Below are positions 1 to 10,700 of a stretch of DNA of 64,000 bases, piece by piece; the first letter of the stretch is position 1, and each line of letters opens with the position of its first letter. The notes under the pieces were generated by a model, which did not search any database, was not told where the DNA came from, and saw only the letters and a program-made list of their open reading frames with translations. Location: NCBI GenBank assembly GCA_963798915.1, contig CAWCVB010000002.1, forward strand, positions 480,001 to 544,000, read 5' to 3'. The position numbers and the translations under genes were made by a program. Origin of the DNA: an uncultured Gemmatimonadales bacterium (lineage in GTDB: Bacteria; Gemmatimonadota; Gemmatimonadetes; Gemmatimonadales; GWC2-71-9).

Positions 1-663
1 CAGGAATGTGAGCTGGACCAGTCGCTGGCAGCGCTGCTGCCGCTGGTGCACGCCGACATCGGGGCGCTCTTCAGCAGCCTGGGCCGGCCGGCCGAGGCAG
101 TGCGCGCCATGCTCTGCGCTGCCCGGGCCGCAGCGACTGTTCCCGAACGGCTCCAGATACTCGCCGGGCTCGGCCGCATTCTGCTCGAAATCGGCGCTGG
201 CGACATCGCCCAGTTGTTGCTGCAGCATGTGGCCGCGCACGCCAGCGACCGCTTGCTGCGTGGCTCGGCGGAACTGGAACTGATGGAACTCGCCTCGCTC
301 GATGGGAATCGCGTCGGGTTTGAGCGGCTGCGGGCCGCGCTCGATCGATCGCTCTGGCGATGGCCGGCCGCCATGCAGGCGGATTTTCACTACCGCTCCG
401 GCCTCGGCTTCTCCCGCTTTGCGCAACTGGGCCGCGCCGGCCGCAGTTGGGCGGAAGGGCGCGCGGTCGCGGATCGCCATGGCCTGGAGGAATGGACCGG
501 GTTCTTCCGGCGGGTGGAAGGGTCGCTGGATGGATGCCGCAACGTGACAATTGAACGGCATCGCCCGGCAGGTCTGCGGGTGGACCAGCTGCTCGAAGAC
601 GTGCAGGCGCTGCTGGCGGTTGGTACTGCGCGCTCCACTGCGCCGGCGGCGAACCGGCCGTGA
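1..663 (+). CDS. Hypothetical alpha-helical (TPR-like) protein, probably 5'-partial
   Basis: Frame is open from base 1. Ala/Leu-rich helical pattern. Stop overlaps the GTG of the next gene. Confidence 0.55.
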   Translation, partial: QECELDQSLAALLPLVHADIGALFSSLGRPAEAVRAMLCAARAAATVPERLQILAGLGRILLEIGAGDIAQLLLQHVAAHASDRLLRGSAELELMELASLDGNRVGFERLRAALDRSLWRWPAAMQADFHYRSGLGFSRFAQLGRAGRSWAEGRAVADRHGLEEWTGFFRRVEGSLDGCRNVTIERHRPAGLRVDQLLEDVQALLAVGTARSTAPAANRP

Positions 664-1301
664 CAGCGACCTCCATGCAACCAGCGTCGGATCCACTGAC
701 GACCCTGCGGGAGTATCGTGCGCTGGCGCCGTGGGGCCTGAGGGATCTCGCGGCGGTGACCGGCGCCATCCTCGATGTGTCGGGCGTGACGCCGATCAAC
801 GCCTCGGCCCGCGCGTTGCCGAGCGAGCGCACCATCCGCTTCTATGTCACGCGGCAGCTGGTGGCGCCACCGGAAGGGCGAGGCACGGCGGCAGTGTACA
901 CCTATCGCCACCTGCTTCAGGTGCTTGCCATCAAGCTCCGCCAGATGGAAGGTGCCACGCTCGAGGCCATCACGACCGAGCTGGGCCACATGACGGGTGA
1001 CATGATCGAACGTCGGGTGGCGCAGGTGCTGGGCACGGCGCTGCCCCCGCCGTCGCGATTGCCCCTGCTGCAGACGCCGGGCACCGGTCGCGGCCGAGTG
1101 GGCCGCGCAGTACAGGGTTGGATTGCACCTCCGCCCAGCGGCGAAGCGGCACGCGGCGTCGCCTGCCGGCGGATCGCCGTGGCACCCGGCGTCGAGCTGC
1201 TGATTGACGAGGAACACCCTGTCGCGCGCCTGCACGGCGGCAGCGAGGCCATCGGTGATGCCGTGCGCCGGGCGCTCACGACACTGATGCCATCACTCTG
1301 A
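660..1301 (+). CDS. MerR-family HTH regulator
   Basis: ERTIRFYVTRQLVAPPEGRGTAAVYTYRHLLQVLAIK...GATLEAI matches the MerR HTH pattern. Confidence 0.8.
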   Translation: MTATSMQPASDPLTTLREYRALAPWGLRDLAAVTGAILDVSGVTPINASARALPSERTIRFYVTRQLVAPPEGRGTAAVYTYRHLLQVLAIKLRQMEGATLEAITTELGHMTGDMIERRVAQVLGTALPPPSRLPLLQTPGTGRGRVGRAVQGWIAPPPSGEAARGVACRRIAVAPGVELLIDEEHPVARLHGGSEAIGDAVRRALTTLMPSL

Positions 1302-1323
1302 ACTTCAATCCGGAGCGCACCTG

Positions 1324-1905
1324 ATGGGCGCTGTGATCCTGCTGGTCGTCGTCGTGCTGGTGGTGCTGTGGATGGTGAGCGCCTACAACCGGCTCGTCTC
1401 GCTCAGGAATCAGGTGCTGAATGCCTGGAAGCAGATTGACGTGCAGCTCAAGCGGCGGCATGACCTCATTCCCAACCTGGTCAACACCGTGAAGGGCGCC
1501 ATGGAGTTCGAGCGGGGCACCCTGGAAGCAGTGATCTCGGCTCGGAACCGCGCGGTGGCGGCCACGGGCGTCAAGGAAACGGCGCAGGCAGAAGGAATGC
1601 TGACCCAGGCATTGGGCCGGCTCTTTGCCCTGAGCGAGGCCTACCCCGAGCTCAAGACCAACCAGAACATCCTCTCGCTGCAGGAAGAACTCACCAGCAC
1701 CGAGAACAAGGTGGGGTTTGCCCGCCAGCACTACAATGATGTCGCGACCTCATACAACACGGCGCAGTCCACCTTTCCCACCATGCTGGTCGCCGGCATC
1801 GCCAAGGCCTCGCCCGCCGAACTGTGGGAGCTGGAGAACCCGGCCGAGCGGGAAGTGCCGGCGGTGGATCTCGGCGGAGCGGGAAGGCTGAAGGCGGAAG
1901 GCTGA
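1324..1905 (+). CDS. lemA: LemA family protein
   Basis: N-terminal TM helix; YNRLV...IDVQLKRRHDLIPNLV; EAYPELK; ENKVGFARQHYND. Confidence 0.95.
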   Translation: MGAVILLVVVVLVVLWMVSAYNRLVSLRNQVLNAWKQIDVQLKRRHDLIPNLVNTVKGAMEFERGTLEAVISARNRAVAATGVKETAQAEGMLTQALGRLFALSEAYPELKTNQNILSLQEELTSTENKVGFARQHYNDVATSYNTAQSTFPTMLVAGIAKASPAELWELENPAEREVPAVDLGGAGRLKAEG

Positions 1906-2001
1906 GCGCTGTGAGCTATGCGCTATGAGCTATGCGCTATGAGCTTTGATCTAAGCGGCACGAGCGATGAGCTCCCAGCGCACAGCGCATAGCTCACAGC
2001 G
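1905..2001. repeat. Inverted pair of heptamer tandem arrays (GCTATGA/GCTATGC ... GCGCACA/GCGCATA/GCTCACA)
   Basis: Read directly; the right arm is the approximate reverse complement of the left arm. Confidence 0.85.
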
Positions 2002-2004
2002 TCA

Positions 2005-3021
2005 ATGACCGACACCAACTTCCTCGAGCAGCAAGCCCAGAACCGCCGCCGCTCGCAGTGGCTGGTGGCGGGCTTCGTACTCTTTTTTGCCTGGGTAGGC
2101 TTCGGCGGTGACATCGCCTTCGGCCTGCTCACCGCGCATGGCCCGCCCGACGCCTATCATCACGTGATCCCGATCATCGGCATCGTCAGCACGCTGCTCG
2201 CCATCGGCGTCTGCTGGCATGCCCGGCATGGCGGCGCCGAGCGGGTGTTGTGGGCCGCGGGCGCGTGGGAGATCATCGAGCCGGCCACGCCGGAGCAGAA
2301 GCAGTATGTCAACGTGGTCGAGGAAATGGCGATCGCCGCCGGCGTTCCCCGGCCCCGGATCTGGATCGTGCCGGACGAGGATCCCAACGCCTTCGCGACC
2401 GGCCTCGATCAGGCGCATGCCAATATCGCGGCGACGGACGGGCTGCTGGAGCTGCTCACGCGCGACGAGCTGCAGGGCGTCGTGGCCCACGAGATGGCGC
2501 ACATCCAGAATGAGGACACCCGGCTGATGACCCTGCTCGCCGGCATGGTCGGCGCCATTCTCCTCGTCTCCGACGGGAGCCGCCGCTTGTTGCGGGGCGG
2601 GCGACTGGGTGGCAGGAAGGGAGGGGGTGGCAAGAGCGGAGCAGCCGGGATGGTGCTGCTCGTGCTCTGGCTCCTGACCCTCATCGTTGCCCCGCTGATC
2701 ACCCGGATCCTGGCCATGTCGGTGAGCCGGAAACGGGAATACCTGGCCGATGCCACCGGCGCGCAGTTGACGCGCAATCCGCTGGCGCTTGCGTCGGCGC
2801 TGGAGAAGCTGGAATCGGCAACACCGGCGACGCGCTCTATCGGGCGGGGAGCTGCGCACCTCTGCATCGTGGACCCGGGTGAACGATCCATCAGTGATGT
2901 GGAAGGGCTGGTGGGCGATGTGTTCGCGTCGCACCCGCCGATCAGGCAGCGGATCATACGGCTGAAGGGGATGGGATTTGCGATGGAGAAAGAGGGACGA
3001 GAGACGACCGGTGCGGCGTGA
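2005..3021 (+). CDS. htpX: M48-family zinc metalloprotease (HtpX-like)
   Basis: PNAFATG, HEMAH zinc motif, REYLAD, FASHPP; follows lemA. Confidence 0.9.
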   Translation: MTDTNFLEQQAQNRRRSQWLVAGFVLFFAWVGFGGDIAFGLLTAHGPPDAYHHVIPIIGIVSTLLAIGVCWHARHGGAERVLWAAGAWEIIEPATPEQKQYVNVVEEMAIAAGVPRPRIWIVPDEDPNAFATGLDQAHANIAATDGLLELLTRDELQGVVAHEMAHIQNEDTRLMTLLAGMVGAILLVSDGSRRLLRGGRLGGRKGGGGKSGAAGMVLLVLWLLTLIVAPLITRILAMSVSRKREYLADATGAQLTRNPLALASALEKLESATPATRSIGRGAAHLCIVDPGERSISDVEGLVGDVFASHPPIRQRIIRLKGMGFAMEKEGRETTGAA

Positions 3022-3080
3022 GGCCGGCACGCCGCCAGACGCGATGTACGGTCATGTGGTTGATCCCCAGCTGGGCTGCC
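3012..3080 (-). pseudogene. IS630-family transposase fragment
   Basis: Minus-strand peptide AAQLGINHMTVHRVWRRAGLTPHR resembles the IS630 HTH segment. Confidence 0.55.
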
Positions 3081-3084
3081 GCCC

Positions 3085-3836
3085 GGCGGCCCTCGATGCC
3101 ACGCTGGCGCGCTTGTACCTGAGCGGGGCCAGCACCCGCGGCGCTCGCTCGCCGCGGAGCCGATCGCGTACCTGTACCTCGATGGCCAGCGGCACCGGGT
3201 GCTGGCCGCAGGGCATATGGCCTGGTGCGCGGTGCTGATGGCGCTGGGCGTGCGCGAGACGGGGGAGAAGGTGGTGCTGGCGCTCCGCTTCGGGGGGGGG
3301 CGAGCAGACGGCCGCGTGGCAGCAGCTGTTCGAGGATCTCACGACGCGCTGCCTGGTGCACGAGCTGCGGAACCTGGTGGCGTATCTCCCGCGGTCCCTG
3401 CGCGCGGCGGTGGTGCGGGACTTCCAGCGGATCACCACGGCAACGAGCGCGGCGGCTGTACACGCGGCGCTCGCGGCGTTTCGCCGGACGTGGGGGCCGA
3501 AGTGGAATGCCGTGGTGGTGTCGCTCGACGAGGCGGGGACGGGCCTCACGGCCTTCACCGCGTTTCCGCCCGCGCAGTCGCGCGGCCTGCGCACCACCAA
3601 CGCGATCGAACGGATCTTCGGTGAGTTCCGGCGCCGCACCAAGACCCAGGGCGCGTTCCCGATCCCGGAGGCGATGCTCACCGTGTTGTGGGGGACGCTG
3701 GCGACGGGCGGCATTCGGCTGCGGAAGCTGCACGGCTACAGGACGATGACGGACCAGACGCGGCGGCGCGCGGCGTAACCGGGGAACACCGACCGGATCA
3801 CCCGAACCAATTTCTACAGCTTGCGGGACACAACCC
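3085..3836 (+). mobile_element. Degenerate IS256-family element (frameshifted, deleted transposase plus right end)
   Basis: Fragments LARLYLSGASTR, VLMALGVRETGEKVVL, RCLVHELRNL, LRTTNAIERIFGEFRRRTK in different frames. IS256-like terminus TTTCTACAGCTTGCGGGACACAACC at about 3811-3835. Confidence 0.85.
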
Positions 3837-3977
3837 TTCTCCCTTCACCGCACAAAAACGCAGCTGGAACTCGATCCGCTGGCCGCCATTCACCAAGGCT
3901 TGTTTTCGGCTTGGGCTCTTCCATCCACTCCATTGCCCGCGTCTCTTTCCGTACCTAAATACTGGCCGAGTTAACCA

Positions 3978-4658
3978 CTATTCGCTCGGGTTCGGGATGA
4001 CATGTTTGTCCCACCCGTCACTGTGCAGCTCCCGCTGACCGCCTGAGCCAGCGCGAAGCGCCCAAGGCGTTGCGCGTCGAACCATTCGCCGAGTCCTCCG
4101 GGATGGACTGCGCTCCTGACGGACGCTGAACATCACGACTCCCTGATCGTTCAGGTTAAGGTTCACGCTCGTAAGCACGTTCAAGGGTTCCGTTGGGACG
4201 GAAGGTGCGATATAGAAAACATGTACTGAGCCGCTGCGCACATCCCGGACTTCAACAGCGTAGTTTCTCAGCGCGTCGCGAAGAAACGCTACCACATCAT
4301 CAAGCGTGCCCATAGCAAACCAAAGCGCCGCTCGCTGAAGCATGGATTCTGCTGCGACGTGGAAGACCGAACCCGGCGGCAAGGGGATTTCAGTTCGCGG
4401 CCAGTGTCCTACGGCGCCGGGCAGCACTGCTAGCCGATCGCCTGACGGAGAAACCGCTTCGGGTGGAGTGGCGCGCGTCAGCGTCTGCAAACCGAGCCCT
4501 TTGATGACAACTTGACCCAGAAATACGATCTGATCGAGCCATCCGAAAGCGATTTGCGCGGCTCGTGACCTTATCAGCTGTGGGGCACCCGTGTTCACGA
4601 CCGCCTCTAAGACGGACGATGGCACTGGAAGTTTACCATTGCCTGGTTCACTCGCCAT
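3978..4658 (-). CDS. Hypothetical protein in lower-GC patch
   Basis: Long ORF whose ATG overlaps the end of the upstream ORF; no recognisable motif. Confidence 0.4.
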   Translation of the reverse strand: MASEPGNGKLPVPSSVLEAVVNTGAPQLIRSRAAQIAFGWLDQIVFLGQVVIKGLGLQTLTRATPPEAVSPSGDRLAVLPGAVGHWPRTEIPLPPGSVFHVAAESMLQRAALWFAMGTLDDVVAFLRDALRNYAVEVRDVRSGSVHVFYIAPSVPTEPLNVLTSVNLNLNDQGVVMFSVRQERSPSRRTRRMVRRATPWALRAGSGGQRELHSDGWDKHVIPNPSE

Positions 4659-4965
4659 GCACGACCCGATACAGTGCGGCGATTTGGCTTCCATCCTCCG
4701 CCTCGTCGATTCCGTAGACCAGATCATCGCGAATCCATGTGATCAGAAGACTCGCGGGAGCCAAGACCGTTGCTTCATACCTGCCCTGAATGGAATACAT
4801 CTCCCATCGTGGAGATCCCACATGTCTCGCAGTCAGCTCCGTGACCCCGTTTCGCCGGAGGTCGTCCGCCACGGCGCTTCGTTGAATCCAGGTCCGCTCG
4901 CCGCCGTCACTGATGACGCGGGGGTAGAGGGGATAGTGGTCGGCAACGGCAATACTTCCGCGCAT
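4648..4965 (-). pseudogene. C-terminal fragment of a beta-propeller-like protein
   Basis: WEMYSIQGRYEATVLAP...DDLVYGIDEAEDG...LYRV resembles the last blades of 6-bladed propeller proteins; the N-terminus is missing. Confidence 0.4.
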
Positions 4966-5015
4966 TTGGTCCAGCCGCCCAAGGATCTACTGGTCCGGAT
5001 CCCGACGCTGGTGAG

Positions 5016-5100
5016 CAGATCCCTCGCGTTGCTCGGGATGACAGACTCTCTCGACGACCGACGACCGACGACCGACGACCGACGACCGACGACCGACGAC
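5016..5100. repeat. REP-like hairpin (CAGATCCCTCGCGTTGCTCGGGATGACA) followed by (CGACGAC)x7
   Basis: Read directly; heptamer array at 5052-5100. Confidence 0.8.
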
Positions 5101-5128
5101 TACCTGCCCGCCTTGCCCGCCTTGCCGT

Positions 5129-6160
5129 CTAGCCCATCTCCGCCAGCTGCCGTCCCAGCGCCGCCGGATCGAAGGGCACCCGCACTACCAGGTCCGCGCC
5201 GGTCTCCTCTTCCGCCACATCGTCGCCCGCAAAGGCCAGTACGCTGTAGTGACGCTCGCCGGCGGCGGGCAGCCCGGCGTTCGGGGCCTCGCGCGTGGCG
5301 GTGAACATCACCAGGGAAATATCGTGGCCTGCGGCGGCCCCGGGGAGTTCCGACATCGTGTGGCAGCGCCGCACGCTCCAGCCGGCCTGCCGCCCCAGCA
5401 GCGACGCGATGCGGGCCAGGGCCTCATCGGGCAGGTAGAGCAGCGCGGCCCCGCGCGCCAGCGCGGGCACGCCCGGCGGCGGAGTGGATCCGCCGGAGAG
5501 TGCGATCATGCGGAGATCACCGGCATAGGCCGCGCTGCGTGCGTCGCTGAGCGAGCCGATCCTCTTGACGATGTCGCGGATGCGCGCGAGCGCCACGCGG
5601 ACTTCGTTCAGGCCCTCGCGCTGCGCCGGATTCAATGCGTCGTCGTCGGCGAGCAGCAAATCCACCTCCGCCGAGGCCGCCATGAGCGGGTTGTTGATCT
5701 CATGGTGGAGTGTGACCGTCATCTCGCCCATGACTGCCCGGCGTTCGGCCTGCAGCCGCTCCTCCTCCGCCACGCGCAGTGCCCGCTTCAGGGCACGCTC
5801 CCGCCGCACCCGCTCCAGCACGTTGGGCAGCAGGTTCGGCAGGGTGCCGTCCTTGACCAGGTAGTCGTCGGCGCCGCGCCGCAGCGATTCCGCCGCCAGT
5901 GCCTCATTGCCATGGGCCGTGATCATGACCACGCTGGGTCCGTCCGGCCGGTCGCGCAGCGAGCGCAGGACATTGACGCCGTCCAGATCGGGCAGCTGGT
6001 GATCCAGCAGCACCACATCCGCCGCGTCCGCCTGGGCCAGTGCCTTGTCGGCCGTGGTTACATGCGCCACGCTCGAGACGCCGGCATTCCGGAGCACGGC
6101 ATCCAGCAGCCGGGTGATCGCCGGATCGTCGTCCACGATCAGGACCCGCAATTCATCCAC
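5129..6160 (-). CDS. Response regulator with receiver, HisKA-type H-box and degenerate C-terminal receiver
   Basis: VLIVDDD...LLDHQLPD...ADDYLVK; HHEINNPL H-box; no HATPase boxes seen. Confidence 0.85.
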   Translation of the reverse strand: MDELRVLIVDDDPAITRLLDAVLRNAGVSSVAHVTTADKALAQADAADVVLLDHQLPDLDGVNVLRSLRDRPDGPSVVMITAHGNEALAAESLRRGADDYLVKDGTLPNLLPNVLERVRRERALKRALRVAEEERLQAERRAVMGEMTVTLHHEINNPLMAASAEVDLLLADDDALNPAQREGLNEVRVALARIRDIVKRIGSLSDARSAAYAGDLRMIALSGGSTPPPGVPALARGAALLYLPDEALARIASLLGRQAGWSVRRCHTMSELPGAAAGHDISLVMFTATREAPNAGLPAAGERHYSVLAFAGDDVAEEETGADLVVRVPFDPAALGRQLAEMG

Positions 6161-7715
6161 TGGTCGTCACCTCCCGTGCGCCGAAGCCGACGCGGGCAAA
6201 CTTCTCCCAGCCGGTCTTGCCGCGCCAGGCGTCCCAGAGGCCCCGCAGCCGCCAGTAGACGGTGAGCTGGCGGAAGCCAAGGTTTTCCATGATGGCGTAG
6301 GCGAGCAGGATGAAGACGTCGCGCCGGCGCTCGAACGGCAGCAGCCCGCGCTGCAGCCGGTCCGCCAGCCCGATCCGGAACTTCCAGGCGCCGACCAGCA
6401 CGGCAAAGATATTCACCAGGATGCCGTAGCCGAGCGAGGCAAGCAGGAAGGCCCACGCATAGCTCCGGTTGATGACGTGGAAGCCCAGCAGTTGTTCGGC
6501 CAGCAGAAAGAGGATAATGAACACGTAGCCCGAGAACTCGATGATCGGGCCCCAGTACTCGAAGAACCAGAAGCTCGGCAGCGCAAACCAGCCGATCCGG
6601 CCGTACTTCTTCCGGAACAGCATTTCCCGATGGTAGAGCAGCGACTCGCGCAGGCCGCGATGCCAGCGGCCCCGCTGCTTGCGCAACGAGGCGAGCGACT
6701 CGGGCACCTCGGTCCACGCGACCGGATGTGGCAGGAAGGCGATCCGCTTGTTCTGCAGCTTGTCCCGGAGGAATCGGTGCAGCCGGACAATGATCTCCAT
6801 GTCCTCGCACACCGCGGTGCGCTGCTCGCCGATGTATTCACGCACCACCCGGCTGTTGACGAAGGGCGTCAGGTAGCCGCCGGCCCGGATGACGATCTCC
6901 TTCTCGAACACGGCAAAGACGCCCGACAGGATCAGCACGCTGTCGATCCGGTCGAGCCCGGTGCGCCCGGTGGTGAAGGAGCGGAGGTACTCCACCATCT
7001 GGAACCGCGCGAGGTCGTGGGTGGGCAGCCCCACCCGGACCACGCGGCTCTGCTCGATGGTGCAGCCATTCGCGATCGCGACCTGGCCCCCGACGGCGGC
7101 CACGCGCGGGTCCTCCTGGACGACCCGCATCAGCTCCTTGAGCGCCCGCGGGTCCAGGATCGAGTCGGCGTCGAGCGAGACGAAGTACGGAGCGGTCGAG
7201 GCGTTGATGCCCGCGTTCAGCGCATCGGCCTTGCCGCCATTGGTCTTGTCGATCACGATCACGTGCATGACCGAGGCCGGCAGCGGGATCGTGGCTTCAT
7301 ACAGGGCATGGACCGGCGCCGTGCCGATCGCCTCGCGGTAGGGCAGGTCGGTGCGCCGCAGCTTGAGGGCGGACTTGAGGTGGTCGAGTGTGCCATCGGT
7401 CGAGCCGTCGTTGACGATGACCACTTCGAATCGCGGATAGTCGCACTGCACCAGGCTCATGACGCTGTCCACGATCGTCACGTCTTCGTTGAACGCCGGG
7501 ATGATCATCGTCAGCGGCTTGGTGTAGACGCTGTCATCGATCAGGTCGAGGTCACCCACGAAATGGCCGGCCACCCGTCGCCGCACCACGCGCGCCGACA
7601 GGCCGATCAGGAGCAGCTGGTAGCTGTTGTAGACCACAAAGTACGCGAGGAAGAACGGCTGCAGGAACAGCGCGAGGAAGAGGAAACTGTTGACCAGGAC
7701 GTCCCTCACCGGCAC
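6153..7715 (-). CDS. Processive glycosyltransferase family 2 (PgaC/IcaA/BcsA-like)
   Basis: IIPAFNE, NDGSTD, GKADALN, DADS, CED, QRGRW; N- and C-terminal TM helices. Confidence 0.92.
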   Translation of the reverse strand: MPVRDVLVNSFLFLALFLQPFFLAYFVVYNSYQLLLIGLSARVVRRRVAGHFVGDLDLIDDSVYTKPLTMIIPAFNEDVTIVDSVMSLVQCDYPRFEVVIVNDGSTDGTLDHLKSALKLRRTDLPYREAIGTAPVHALYEATIPLPASVMHVIVIDKTNGGKADALNAGINASTAPYFVSLDADSILDPRALKELMRVVQEDPRVAAVGGQVAIANGCTIEQSRVVRVGLPTHDLARFQMVEYLRSFTTGRTGLDRIDSVLILSGVFAVFEKEIVIRAGGYLTPFVNSRVVREYIGEQRTAVCEDMEIIVRLHRFLRDKLQNKRIAFLPHPVAWTEVPESLASLRKQRGRWHRGLRESLLYHREMLFRKKYGRIGWFALPSFWFFEYWGPIIEFSGYVFIILFLLAEQLLGFHVINRSYAWAFLLASLGYGILVNIFAVLVGAWKFRIGLADRLQRGLLPFERRRDVFILLAYAIMENLGFRQLTVYWRLRGLWDAWRGKTGWEKFARVGFGAREVTTSG

Positions 7716-10700
7716 CGCTCCCGCATGGCGCGGACCGCAGCGCGGACCGCCGGCACCGGGTCGGACTCCTCGACTTCCAGGGCCACCTGGTCGCGGACCA
7801 GCACCAGCAGCAATGCTGCCGCCTGGCGATGCCGCTCATCGGGCGAGGTGCGGACCGTTTCCCGGAGTTCGTCGAGGTGATTGGAGTCCATCACCGCACC
7901 GGCTGCTTCCGCGGGTGCGACATCGCTGGGCAGCATCGTCAGCTCGCCGCGGCTGATGCCGGTGACGGCGGCAGCGGCGCGAACTCGTGGCTCGGGGTCG
8001 CCAAGCAGGCGCGGCAGAATGCCCTGGCCCGGGACGGTGCGCAGCAGCATGGCCAGTTCCCGGCGCACGCCGGCGTCAGGATCGTCGGCCAGCGAGTGCA
8101 GCGGCACCTCGAAGCCACCCGCCGCAGCCGCGTGGGCGGCCGCCATCCGCACGCTGGTCACCGGGTCGGCCACCAGGCCCTGCAGCACTGACTCGGTGGC
8201 GAGTTCAGTGCGGACGGCGATCAGCTTGGCCAGCCCCTCCCGCACGGCAGGCTCAGCGCTTCGCGCCAGCGGCACGATCAATCGCTCCAGCGCCGGATGC
8301 GTGATGTAGCGGGCCACCTGGGTGACCACCACGGCCTCGCGGCCGCTGGAGCCCGAGCCCAGCGCAAGGTCCATGAACGCATCCCAGCCCTGTTGCGCCT
8401 GGACCGCGACATGACGCAGCACTGACGGATCATCGTCGGCCCGCACGGTGGCCAGGAGGGCGGGAAGGGCATCGCTTGCGGGAAGGTGTTCGAACAGGGC
8501 CACCGCGGTGCGGCGGACGGCGAGACTGGGATCGCCCAGCGCGCGCCTCGCCACCACGCCCAGCTGTTCCGCGTCCAGCATCCCGGCCACTGCCTCGAGC
8601 GCGGCGGCGCGGACATCGGGACTGGGATCACCTCGTACCACCTGCAGCAGCGTGCTGCGGCTCCGGTCACCCTGAAAGGCGCGGAGGCCTGCCACCACAC
8701 GGCGGCGCTCCGCCGGATCCAGCACGCTGCGCATGCCCTCGGTCAGTTCCTCTTCCATCTGGGTGCGGGTCAGCGAAGCCAGCGCGCGTAGTTCGAGACT
8801 GTGCGACTGCCGCAGCCGCATGCCGAGCAGGCGGAACTCGGCGTCGCTTCGGAGCCGGGCCTGGAGGAATGCGCGCACCGCCGCGTCGTCCTGCATGCTC
8901 GCCACCCGGCCCGCGACGCTCTCGTCACCCAGCGCACCGAGGGCCAGCACCGCGGCAGCCCGCACCTCGACCGGTGCCTCCTGGGCACAGGCCCGCAGCA
9001 GCTGGCTGCGGGCCGACTCGATGCCCAAGATGCCCGCCGCCAGCGCGGCGCGGGCCCGCACCCCGTCCGACGGATCATGTGCCAGGAGCGCGATGATGCG
9101 CTCTGCCTGGGACGTGTCACCGAGCCGGATAGTGGCATTCAGCGCCCCCACCCGGACCGCCTCGTCGGGATCGGCCAGCCCATCGCTGGCCAGCGCCGCC
9201 GCCTTGGGGCTCCGGTGCCGTCCGAGACTGGCGATGGACTCTGCCCGCACCGCCGGATCGGGATCGCGGGCCATCTGCACCAGCGCATCATCGGCACCGT
9301 CGGAGGCAGCATCGGCCAGGGCGCGAGCGAAGGCCAGGCGGACGCCGGGGCCGGCCTTTTCCGCCACCAGCGCCTGGTGCAGGTCGCCAATGCGACCCGC
9401 GTCGAGCGCCGCGATGGCCGCCGTCACCGCGCTCCGTACCTCGGCCGAACCACCGGAGAAGGCCCTGAGCAGCGATGGCACGGCGGCGCGGTCACCCATG
9501 CGTCCCAGTGCTTCGGCGGCGGCGGCCCGCACCCGGTCGTCGGAATCAGTGAGCCGCTCAACCAGCGCGGGCGAAAGGCTGTTGAGCCCAGCCGTCGCGG
9601 CGGCTTCGGCCGCCGCATGGCGCACCGAGCCGGCCGGATCAGTGAGCAGCCGTGTGAGCTCCGGTGCTGCATCGGTGGCGCCGAGGAGCCCGAGCGCGCG
9701 GGCCACCGCGGCCCGCACGCCGATCTCCGGATCGGACACCATGGTCCGCAGGTCCATCGTCACGGCGGCGCCGCCCAGGTCGCCGAGCAGGTGCACTGCC
9801 TCGGTGCGCACCGATTCGTCGCTGTCGCCGATGGCGATCAACGCGACGGGCACCGCTTCGCGCTGGCCCAGGGAGCGCAACGTATCGAACGCGGCGGCGC
9901 GCACGGTGGGATCGGCATCCTGTGCACCGAGGATCAGCTCGCGTGCGAGGTCGCGCCGGCCGGTTCGCCGGATGGCCGCCACCACGGCGAGCCTGACGGC
10001 ACGCGAGGGATGGAGCAGCAGCTCGGCGAGGAGCTCGCGAGCGCCGGCCACCGCAAACTTGGTGAGGATCTCGCGTGCCTGCTCGGGCCGATCGTTCTCC
10101 TCGATCATCTTGACCGTGCGTGCCGGGACGCCCAGGCGCTCCAGGGCGACCGCGGACCGGATGCGGAGTTCGGGATCGGGATCGTCGAGCGCCACCAGCA
10201 GCGGCCCTTCGGCCTGGTCGCCGATCTGCTCCAGTGCCTCGACGCTTCGCATCCGGACCCACCACGCCGGATCGCCAAGCGAACGCACCAGGCGCTCGAT
10301 TACTTCGGGGTCATCAAATTGCCCCAGCGCGCCGGCGATGCGGGCACGGACAAAGGGTGCGGGGTCGGTAAGCAGATGCTCGAGCAGGTAGGGCGTCGCA
10401 CGGCGGTCGCCGAGCCGGCCGAGGGCGTAGGCGGCCTTGGCGCGAACTTCATCCTCGAGGTCGCCCAAGGCCCGGATCAGCGCCGGGAAAGCGCGATGAG
10501 CACGCACCTCTCCGAGGACACTGGCCGCCCAGGCCCGCGCGTGGTGCCGGCCGCCCTGCTCCAGGAAGTCGATCATCGGCTCGACCACCTGCTCGCCATG
10601 CCGGGTGAGAATGTCCGCCACGCGTGGTGCCAGCCAGACTTCGGCATTCCGGAGCGCGTCCACCAGCGGACCGACCGCACGCGGGTCGGCGATCCGCGCC

